A DNA stretch of 64,000 nucleotides from Candidatus Marinacidobacterales bacterium (GTDB lineage: Bacteria; Acidobacteriota; Vicinamibacteria; Marinacidobacterales; SMYC01): assembly GCA_965224085.1 (NCBI GenBank), contig CBDCYI010000004.1:1088001-1152000 (forward strand), given 5' to 3'. The position numbers were made by a program, and so were the translations under genes. Positions 9,703 through 17,642 of the stretch are shown piece after piece (positions within the stretch are counted from its first letter, which is position 1; each line of letters begins with the position of its first letter). Under the pieces are notes generated by a model that had not been told where the DNA came from, ran no database searches, and saw only the letters and a list, made by a program, of their open reading frames with translations.

Positions 9703-10002
9703 TCAGTGTCTCGCGCGGACCAGGTGGTGCCATAGCTCGACATCTTTCGGCCGGCATTCGAGCGTTTTGAATCGAGAGAGTTTGGAAAGCGAATCCTTCC
9801 ATGCCAGAGCCACATCGCGCTCCGCATTGCGCTCTAAGAATGTAAAAGTTTCGAGTACCACGGGCACCGAAGTGCGCAGCTTGATTCCATCATCCTTGAG
9901 GGCCAGCCAAATCTCGGACGCCCGCGTGTGCAGCGGGTCACGCGTCAAGGCGAGGGCGATCCAAGCTCCTGAATCGATGAATACCAGCTCGCCCTGCCGC
10001 AT
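9703..10002 (-). pseudogene. VapC/PIN-domain toxin, C-terminally truncated
   Basis: VFIDSGAWIAL..DPLH..VVLETFT matches a PIN N-terminus. Only 99 aa; the later conserved Asp motifs are absent. The start overlaps the antitoxin stop (TGATG). Confidence 0.75.
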
Positions 10003-10217
10003 CAGGGCTCGTCGTAGATCGTATCGTGTTCCATGGATGAGCGCCGTGGTTCACCATCCCACAGAGCAACGGGCTCATCTGACTCGATGCCAGGTCGCAA
10101 CCAAACCCGGCGAACCGCCTCCCGTACGAGTTCAGCGACGCTGCGACCCGAGCGGTCCGCAGCGGCTCGAAGCGCTTCCAGCTCCTCTTCCCGGAGGTAA
10201 ACCTGTGTTTTAACCAT
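10002..10217 (-). CDS. CopG/ribbon-helix-helix antitoxin
   Basis: MVKTQVYLREEELEALRAAADRSGRSVAELVREAV and C-terminal EHDTIY, directly upstream of the PIN gene. Confidence 0.85.
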   Translation of the reverse strand: MVKTQVYLREEELEALRAAADRSGRSVAELVREAVRRVWLRPGIESDEPVALWDGEPRRSSMEHDTIYDEP

Positions 10218-10297
10218 ATGTGTCATTTTATTCCAGTAATTGACGTGTATCAATTGCGGTTACTTTCGAGCGTCGTGACGAAGGGCCGCGCACTTCG

Positions 10298-11956
10298 TCA
10301 CTCGGTGTAACCGAGCGCGCGCAGCTGCTCTAGCGCCTCTTCGCTTATGTCGGTCTCGAACTTGTCCTCCCCATCTTTGGTGTTGAGCGTGGTGTCGATG
10401 TCCGCGTAGCGCGGCGCATGCTGCGCGAGCCAGCTACTCTCGAAAATTTGCGCGAGTACCTTCCCGTCCATGTCCAGGGGCACATCCGCTCCGAGCAAGT
10501 GCAGGATCGTCGGTGTGACGTCGAGCACAGTCGAGCCGTGGAAGATTTCCCCGCGGCGCAAGCCTTCCCCCTGGGCGATGAACAAGCCAAAAGGGGCGTG
10601 ATGGCCGCCGCCTTCGATGGGCTGCATCCCATGATCGGAAACGATCACGACGGTGGCGCGTCGCGGGAGTGCTTCGAGGATCTCCTGGAGCCAGCGATCG
10701 ATAAGCATGTACGTCTCGTCCACGATGTCGCGGACCGATTCGGGGCATCCTTCGGGGATGGGCTGTCCGTGGCGCCAGTGGAGCGTCGGGTGCCCCGCGA
10801 CATCGATGGACCGCAGGTAGATCGAGAACATGCCGGCGTCCATCTTCGGGAGGAGCTCGCGAGCGACCCGCAAGTAGTACTCATCCTGGATCAGTATCTT
10901 CTTCAAGACGGATTGCTGTTCGATGAACGGCGGGTTGCACTCTAAGAGGTGAAGACGCTCGAACGTGGGCGCGAGATCGTTGGCGTCAGGAGCCAGGGGG
11001 GCCATCTCTTCGGCAAGCGCTTCCGGCCAGCTCAGCCGGCTGCTCCCGCGGCGTTGCTCGCGGATCCCCATTCGCGACGAGGCGAGGAATCCGTTCACCG
11101 GATAGGCGGGCCACGTGCCCCAATAGCCGACGATCCCGACGGGCACTCCCGCATCTCCGAGAAGACTCCAAAACGGTTTCGCTCGCCAGTGAAGACTCTG
11201 GACTTCCGTGAGCTGTCCCCGCGGCGGGTAGAAACCGCGTCCGAGGTGGTCGCGATGAAGCGCCGGGTCGAGATGAAAGATCTCCTCGCCGGCGCGGTCG
11301 GTGATCGTGAGCCACGAAAGCTCCGCGGCCAGCCTGCGCCCGTCTTTCGCGCGCGCTTGCCGCGCGAAGACGAGCTCGATCGTGTTCCGCACCGGCGCCG
11401 ACGTCACCTCCACCGCGATCTCCTGCCACGCGTCCTCGAGCCGGACCGTGTCCACGGGCTCACCGTTCCAAAGGAACTGTACGCGCTGAGCGCCGGCGTG
11501 GCCGAAAGAGTGCATCCGCATCGTGAGCGTGAGAGGGGCCTGTCCGTGAAGCTCCGGGATCGTCATCGTGGCGCTGGCCGGGTCTTCATCGGCGCCCATC
11601 CACACCGAAGACGTTCCCGGGATCGGCAAGACGAAATCGCGCACGCCGTGCTTTTCCGGGATCTTACCTGTCGCGATCGAGGTCCACACGATCGGCGACC
11701 AGAATCCGCGGCGCAAGTTCTCGCTCATGATCGGCTTCGACGCCCAGGACTGGAGCGGGCCCGAGATGCCGGTACGGATCAGCCGGTCGAACGTCGGGAG
11801 CCGTCCCTCGGCGCGCAGGTCGTCCACAATGTCTAGGCTCGCTCCGTCGAGGCCGACGAACAGAACGAGACGCTCGGGCTCCCCCGGGGCACAGGACATC
11901 ATGCTGAGCACAGCTGCGCATACCACGCCTAGCGCGAATATCCCGCGAATCAGCAT
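10298..11956 (-). CDS. alkaline phosphatase superfamily (type I phosphodiesterase/nucleotide pyrophosphatase) lipoprotein
   Basis: Lipobox MMSC, GLDGA, SPIVWTSIATG, IDVAGH, VSDHG, DVTPTIL..MDG and C-terminal LRALGY. Confidence 0.88.
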   Translation of the reverse strand: MLIRGIFALGVVCAAVLSMMSCAPGEPERLVLFVGLDGASLDIVDDLRAEGRLPTFDRLIRTGISGPLQSWASKPIMSENLRRGFWSPIVWTSIATGKIPEKHGVRDFVLPIPGTSSVWMGADEDPASATMTIPELHGQAPLTLTMRMHSFGHAGAQRVQFLWNGEPVDTVRLEDAWQEIAVEVTSAPVRNTIELVFARQARAKDGRRLAAELSWLTITDRAGEEIFHLDPALHRDHLGRGFYPPRGQLTEVQSLHWRAKPFWSLLGDAGVPVGIVGYWGTWPAYPVNGFLASSRMGIREQRRGSSRLSWPEALAEEMAPLAPDANDLAPTFERLHLLECNPPFIEQQSVLKKILIQDEYYLRVARELLPKMDAGMFSIYLRSIDVAGHPTLHWRHGQPIPEGCPESVRDIVDETYMLIDRWLQEILEALPRRATVVIVSDHGMQPIEGGGHHAPFGLFIAQGEGLRRGEIFHGSTVLDVTPTILHLLGADVPLDMDGKVLAQIFESSWLAQHAPRYADIDTTLNTKDGEDKFETDISEEALEQLRALGYTE

Positions 11957-11959
11957 GCT

Positions 11960-12024
11960 CTATCCTACGTGATAAACTCTCTCGCAGCTGCAACCGGACG
12001 TGACACGCCCCTAGCGAGGCCGGT
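11960..12024 (+). repeat. internally deleted copy of the fdh leader and Sec-codon region
   Basis: 11960-11985 matches 12951-12976 (25/26) and 11986-12024 matches 13206-13244 (35/39). Confidence 0.85.
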
Positions 12025-12279
12025 GGCGCGCTCGCGATCGGTCGCGCGATGGCGATTGTCTCCCAGACCCCAAGGAAATACAGCCACATTTGGCTGGCTC
12101 CGAAGCCAGCAGACGTCTCGTCCGGACGAGATTCTCTCACGACGCTAATGGGTCATTCGTTTTCCCACTCAGCGAGGAGGTTCGACGCCTCGAATCTCGT
12201 CTCTATCTAGTCGTAGGCCCCGCGGAAGCGACCGACGCGTTGACGCGGTCGCCACGTGGCGGTAGATTGGAGGTCGAGG

Positions 12280-12642
12280 TTGGGTTTGATCCAGGTCACA
12301 GTAACTCTAAGGGTTCCGGGTAGCGAGAACGCCGGTTATGAAGCGTTGTTTCTCGTCGACACCGGGGCTACGGACTCGATGGCGCCCGGCTCGGAGCTTC
12401 GCATCGCAGGGATCGAGCCCGTCGGCAAGATGAGCTACGAACTCGCCAACGGAGAGGTCCAGGAGTACCCGTTCGGGCTTGCACAGATCGAGTTTATGGG
12501 AGAAGTCACCGCGGGGCGGGTGGTTTTCGGTCCTTCAGGGACGGAACCCATTCTGGGGGTCACGGCACTAGAATCCGTCGGCATCACGATCGATCCTGCA
12601 AATCGGACCCTGAAACGACACCCGGCGATACCTCTCAAGTGA
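12280..12642 (+). CDS. clan AA (retropepsin-like) aspartic protease
   Basis: FLVDTGA, ELANG and ILGVTALE motifs. TTG start after GGAGG. Confidence 0.88.
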   Translation: MGLIQVTVTLRVPGSENAGYEALFLVDTGATDSMAPGSELRIAGIEPVGKMSYELANGEVQEYPFGLAQIEFMGEVTAGRVVFGPSGTEPILGVTALESVGITIDPANRTLKRHPAIPLK

Positions 12643-12654
12643 GGCCCAGACTTC

Positions 12655-12908
12655 GCTTGGAGCCCGGGCGCCACAACTTCGGCCACGGTTTCCGCGGCGG
12701 AGGGCGCGGGAGCATTAATTAATGATCGCGTTCAGCGTCTCCGGAACGCTGGGCCCCAGAAACGGAAACGGCCCCGTCAGCAGCTCGTGCAACACGATCC
12801 CGAAGCTGAAGACGTCACTCCGGTTGTCGACATCCTCGCCGCGTGCTTGCTCGGGTGACATGTAAGAGGACGGCGCCCACGATCGCGCCGTCCTGGGTCT
12901 CACCAAGA
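12655..12908 (-). pseudogene. Ser/Thr protein kinase fragment
   Basis: TQDGAIVG / [34 protein letters not shown] (subdomains VIII-IX) with a frameshift and a TTAA duplication. No N-lobe. Confidence 0.85.
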
Positions 12909-12986
12909 GCGCGCCACGCCTAACGCGAACGCACGGCGAAACAGCGTGCCCTATCCTACGTGATAAACTCTCCCGCGAGGCAAGTT

Positions 12987-14864
12987 ATGGGTAAGAGTTA
13001 CAAACGACTGACTCATCCAATGGTTCGCGACAACGGGTCTCTCCGTCGTGCGAGCTGGGATGAGGCGCTCGAGCGCGCCGCCGCGGGCTTCAAAGACCGC
13101 CGCGGGACGTCCTTCGGGCTTTTTAGCTGCTCCAAGTCGACCAACGAGATGAACTTCATGGCCGAGAAGTTCGCGCGTGTCGTCATGGGCAGTAACAATA
13201 TCGATAGCTGCAACCGCACGTGACACGCTCCTAGCGTCGCCGGTCTGGCGAAAGTGTTCGGAGCGGGCGGGGGTACGAGCTCGTACCGTGAGCTCGAAGA
13301 AACGGATGTCATCATCTTGTGGGGCTCGAACGCCCGCGACGCGCACCCTATCTTTTTTCATCACGTTTTGAAAGGCGTACATAAAGGCGCCAAACTCTAC
13401 ACTATCGATCCGCGCCGGACCAGCTCTGCGCAGTGGGCCGATCTCTGGTTGGGTCTCGATGTCGGCACGGATATCGCCCTCGCGAACGCGGTCGGCCGCG
13501 AGATCATCAAATCCGGTCTCACGCATCGAACTTTCATCGAGAACGCGACGACCGGTTTCGAAGCCTACGAGGCGTTGGTCGAGTCCTATACGCTCGAATA
13601 TGCCGAAGACGTCACGTCCCTTCCGAGGGAAAGCATCCGCGAGCTCGCGCATAGCTACGCGAAAGCGGACCGCGCGCAGCTCTGCTGGACGCTCGGCATC
13701 ACCGAGCATCACAACGCCACCGACAACGTGTGCGCGCTCATCAACCTCGCGCTTCTCACGGGCCATGTGGGCCGGTGGGGCTCCGGGGTCGTGCCTATCC
13801 GCGGCCAGAACAACGTACAGGGTGGAGGCGACATGGGCTCGCTCCCGAACAAGTTCCCCGGCTTCCAAGATGTCGAGAGCCCGGACTCCCAGGCGAAGTT
13901 CCAAAAAGCGTGGGGCGCGCGTCTCCCCGACAAGAACGGTCTGCACCTTACGCTCATGTTCGAGGCCATGGCGCGCGGAGACCTGACGTCGCTCTACGTG
14001 ATTGGCGAGAACCCAGCGCAGTCGGAAGCGGACGTAGGCCATGCGATAAAAGTCCTGGAAGGCCTCGAGCACTTCGTCGTGCAGGACCTCTTTCTCACCA
14101 AGACTGCCGAGCTTGCCGATGTGGTGTTCCCGGCGGCCGCTGCCTGGGCGGAGTCCAAGGGCACGGTGACGAGCAGCGAGCGACGGGTCCAACGGGTGCG
14201 CAAGGCGCTCGACGCGCCGGGCGAAGCGAAAGACGATATCGAGATCATCTGCCGGCTCGCGCAAGCGATGGGCCATGATTGGTCCGTGCCGACGGCCGAA
14301 GAGGCATGGGATGAGCTTCGAAGCCTCTCGCCGTTGCACGCGGGCATGAGCTATGCGCGCCTCGAAGAGCTCGGGGGGCTGCAATGGCCGTGCCCGGACG
14401 AGAGCCATCCCGGTAGCCCGTTCCTTCATGGCCGACTTTGGGAGCGTCCCGCCGGTGGACGTCTCGCGCCTTTTTCGATCGTCGAGCAAGTCCCGCCGGT
14501 CGACAAGCTGACCGACGAGTTCCCGCTTCGTCTCACCACGGGCCGGCGGCTCGACTCTTACAACACGGGTGTCCAGACCGGAAGCTTCGACTCCCCTATC
14601 CGTAATCGCGAGACGCTCGATCTCGCGCCCGCGGACGGGGAGCGCTACGGCGTTCACGAAGGGCAGAACGTTAAGATCACGTCGCGTCGCGGCTCGATCG
14701 AAGCACCGGTACGCTTCGACACGAACTTGAGGCCGGGGCTCGCGTTCCTCACGCTTCATTTCCCCGACGAGGTCGACGTCAACCAGCTCACGATCGAGGC
14801 GTGGGATCCCAAGTCGGGCACTTCGGAGTTCAAAGCCACCGCGATTCGCATCGACGCCACTTAG
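12987..14864 (+). CDS. fdhF: selenocysteine-containing formate dehydrogenase catalytic (Mo/W-bisPGD) subunit
   Basis: ORFs 12960-13223 and 13254-14864 are in the same frame, joined by TGA 13221-13223 in NNIDSCNRT-U-HAPSVAGL. Also IRGQNNVQG, QDLFLTKTAELADVVFPA, LTTGR and EFKATA motifs. Confidence 0.9.
13221..13256 (+). promoter_or_regulatory. bacterial SECIS element
   Basis: TGA-CACGCTCCTAGCG-TCGCC-GGTCT-GGCGA hairpin. Position and apical GGUCU resemble the E. coli fdhF SECIS. Confidence 0.8.
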
Positions 14865-14873
14865 GAACCCTTC

Positions 14874-16688
14874 ATGGACCTTCACTTCCTGGACGCCGCT
14901 CCTACGGACGAGGAGCGCGCGGCACTCGACAACTTGCTCGGCCCACCCACCGAGCTCGACGAGCCGGGTGAGGCGCTCGAAGCGCACATCGTACGCGGCG
15001 GACGTCACGCCGCCGAAGCGCGCCGCCATCTTCTGCTCCCAGCTCTGCGTGCTATACAAGGCGGCATCGGTTGGGTCAGCCAAGGTGCTTTGAACTACAT
15101 CTGTCGGCGCCTCATGGTTCCGCCGGCCGAGGCTTACGGTGTCGTGACGTTCTACTCCCTCCTCGCCACCGAGAAGCGCCCGGCGCGCGTGGCGCATGTC
15201 TGCGACGACATCGCGTGTAAGCTTGCGGGCGCGGACGACCTCTGTGCCACGCTCGAGAAAACCTTCGATGCGGGCTCATGGCACCGCAGCCCGTGTCTAG
15301 GCCAATGCGAGCGCGGCCCCGCGGTAATGTTTCAGCTCGCGGGCGATGAAGACTGGGTTCTTACGGCGGCCACAGCGGACGGTGTGCGGCAGGGTCTAGA
15401 AGGTGGGAACGAGCGACCGACGCCCGCGCCATCGACCCCGCAAACCGCCGACCCCCGCGAAGAAGGGCTGCGCATTCTCCGCCGCGTCGGCGTCGCCGAT
15501 CCTACGAGTCTTGACGAGTATCGGGAGCACGGGGGCTACCGAGCGCTCAGGCGGGCGGTGAGCCTTGGCTCCGACGGCATCGTTCGAGAGGTCAAAGATT
15601 CCGGGCTTAGAGGACGTGGCGGCGCTGCCTTCCCGATGGGCATCAAGTGGGACGCGGTCGCAAAAGCGCCCGTGCGCCCGCACTATGTCGTCTGCAACGC
15701 GGACGAGTCGGAGCCCGGGACGTTCAAAGACCGCGTGTTGATGGAAGAGGACCCGTTCGCCATCGTCGAAGCGATGACGATCGCGTGCTTCGCGACCGGC
15801 TCGGAGCGAGGCTACATCTATATACGCGGCGAATATCCTCACGCGACAAAACGCTTGCAAAACGCGATCGATAGCGCCACCCGGCGCGGTTTTCTCGGCG
15901 AGAACGTAATGGGCGAAGGCTTTCGCATCGATCTCGAGATACGGCGAGGGGCCGGCGCCTATATTTGCGGTGAGGAGACCGCGCTCTTCAACTCGATCGA
16001 AGGCTTTCGCGGCGAGCCCCGCAACAAGCCACCCTTCCCGACACAAGTGGGGCTTTTCGGAAAGCCGACCGTCGTCAACAACGTTGAGACACTCGTCAAC
16101 GTGCTCGACATCGTGAGCGATGGCGGCCCGAGCTTCGCATCGATCGGCTCGAAAGACTCGACGGGCTCGAAACTCTTCTGCGTCTCCGGCAATGTTGCCA
16201 AGCCGGGACTCTATGAAGTGCCTTTCGGGACGACGCTCGAGGAGCTTCTCGAAAAAGCTGGCGGTGCTGAGAGGATCCAGTCCATTCTTCTCGGCGGTGC
16301 GGCCGGTTCTTTCGTAAGCCCCGACGAGATCGACGTGCCGCTGACTTTCGAAGGCACGCGCGCGATCGGCGCGTCCCTCGGCTCGGGGGTCGTGATGGTT
16401 TTCGGTGAGCGTGCGAACCTGACGGATATTCTGCTGCGGGTCGCCGAGTTTTTCCGCGACGAGTCGTGCGGGCAATGCGTTCCGTGCCGCGTCGGGACCG
16501 TCCGCGTCGAGGAGGCGCTACACCGCCTCGCGAAAAACGGCGGGCGCCAAAACGGCGAAGTCGAGCTCATTGACGAGCTCGCGCAGGTCATGAAAGACGC
16601 ATCCATTTGCGGCCTGGGCCACACCGCGGCGAGCGCCGTGCAATCGGCTCTGTCGAGGAATCTCTTAGCACCCAAGGATGACGCATGA
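14874..16688 (+). CDS. NuoE-NuoF-like fused NAD(H)/FMN-binding subunit of formate dehydrogenase
   Basis: CDDIAC..CLGQC (2Fe-2S), GLRGRGGAAFP, NADESEPGTFKDR, GAGAYICGEETAL and SCGQCVPCRVG..ICGLG. Confidence 0.93.
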   Translation: MDLHFLDAAPTDEERAALDNLLGPPTELDEPGEALEAHIVRGGRHAAEARRHLLLPALRAIQGGIGWVSQGALNYICRRLMVPPAEAYGVVTFYSLLATEKRPARVAHVCDDIACKLAGADDLCATLEKTFDAGSWHRSPCLGQCERGPAVMFQLAGDEDWVLTAATADGVRQGLEGGNERPTPAPSTPQTADPREEGLRILRRVGVADPTSLDEYREHGGYRALRRAVSLGSDGIVREVKDSGLRGRGGAAFPMGIKWDAVAKAPVRPHYVVCNADESEPGTFKDRVLMEEDPFAIVEAMTIACFATGSERGYIYIRGEYPHATKRLQNAIDSATRRGFLGENVMGEGFRIDLEIRRGAGAYICGEETALFNSIEGFRGEPRNKPPFPTQVGLFGKPTVVNNVETLVNVLDIVSDGGPSFASIGSKDSTGSKLFCVSGNVAKPGLYEVPFGTTLEELLEKAGGAERIQSILLGGAAGSFVSPDEIDVPLTFEGTRAIGASLGSGVVMVFGERANLTDILLRVAEFFRDESCGQCVPCRVGTVRVEEALHRLAKNGGRQNGEVELIDELAQVMKDASICGLGHTAASAVQSALSRNLLAPKDDA

Positions 16689-17599
16689 GCGACCGGCTCG
16701 TAGAAATCGAAATCGACGGAGACGCTGTCTCCGTAACCGAAGGGGCGACGCTACTCGACGCTTGCCGCCAAAAAGGCATCGGGACCCCAACCCTCTGCTA
16801 TCTCGAGAACTTGACGCCGGTCAATGCGTGCCGCGTCTGCGTTGTCGAGCTCGAAGGCTCGCGAACCCTCGTTCCGGCTTGTTCGCGCGAGGCAGAGCCC
16901 GACATGAAAATCCAGACGGACAGTGAGCGCGTCCGCCACAGCCGCAAGCTCGTGCTCGAGCTTCTCGCTTCGTCCGTCGACATGTCGCTCGCCACCGACG
17001 AGATCCAAGGATTCATCGAGCGTTACGACGCAAAACCCGAGCGCTTCGGCACCGCGGCGCCGGCAACCGAAGCCGGCGATCGAGACTCCCGACCCACGGG
17101 ACACCATCACGCGCCGTCGGGCGAGCTCGCCGAAACGGTCGCGCAGCCCGTGAAGATCCACGACGAGATGTATGTGCGCGATTACAGCCGCTGCATCCTT
17201 TGCTACAAATGCGTTGAGGCGTGCGGCACCGACGCCCAGAACACGTTTGCCATCGCCGTGGCGGGTCGCGGCTTCGACGCCCGCATCTCGACGGAGTTCA
17301 ACACCCCGCTCGACGATTCCGCCTGTGTTTATTGCGGCAATTGCATCGGCGTCTGTCCGACGGGCGCTCTGATGTTCAAAGCGGAGCACGACCACCGCGA
17401 AGCGGGCACGTGGGACGCGTCGAAGCAGGATGTCACCCGCACCGTGTGCTCGTATTGCGGGGTGGGTTGCAACCTCGAGCTCCACGTCCAGGATAATGCG
17501 ATCGTACGCGTCACTTCACCCCAGGACCACGATGTGACGCACGGCCACTTGTGTATCAAAGGGCGGTTCGGCTGGCAGTTTGTGCAGAATCGCGAATAG
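16685..17599 (+). CDS. Fe-S subunit (2Fe-2S, two 4Fe-4S and Molybdop_Fe4S4 domain)
   Basis: PTLC..ACRVC..AC, CILCYKCVEAC, CVYCGNCIGVCP and C-terminal CSYCGVGC..HLCIKGRFG. ATGA overlap with the previous gene. Confidence 0.93.
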   Translation: MSDRLVEIEIDGDAVSVTEGATLLDACRQKGIGTPTLCYLENLTPVNACRVCVVELEGSRTLVPACSREAEPDMKIQTDSERVRHSRKLVLELLASSVDMSLATDEIQGFIERYDAKPERFGTAAPATEAGDRDSRPTGHHHAPSGELAETVAQPVKIHDEMYVRDYSRCILCYKCVEACGTDAQNTFAIAVAGRGFDARISTEFNTPLDDSACVYCGNCIGVCPTGALMFKAEHDHREAGTWDASKQDVTRTVCSYCGVGCNLELHVQDNAIVRVTSPQDHDVTHGHLCIKGRFGWQFVQNRE

Positions 17600-17642
17600 G
17601 TATTGCTAGCAGCAGGAGAATGTTGTCGTCAACGCGCCGCCC

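Noticed and set aside
12125-12205. tRNA gene (including tRNA-Sec)
   Set aside because: It has a T-loop-like arm but no D-arm, proper anticodon arm, long variable arm or CCA.
12951-15197. 748-aa minus-strand ORF; likewise 23848-25350, 52094-54253, 161-712 and most of 5253-6659 and 39315-40664
   Set aside because: These are antisense or alternate-frame shadows of motif-bearing genes, as expected at high GC. They have no recognisable motifs.
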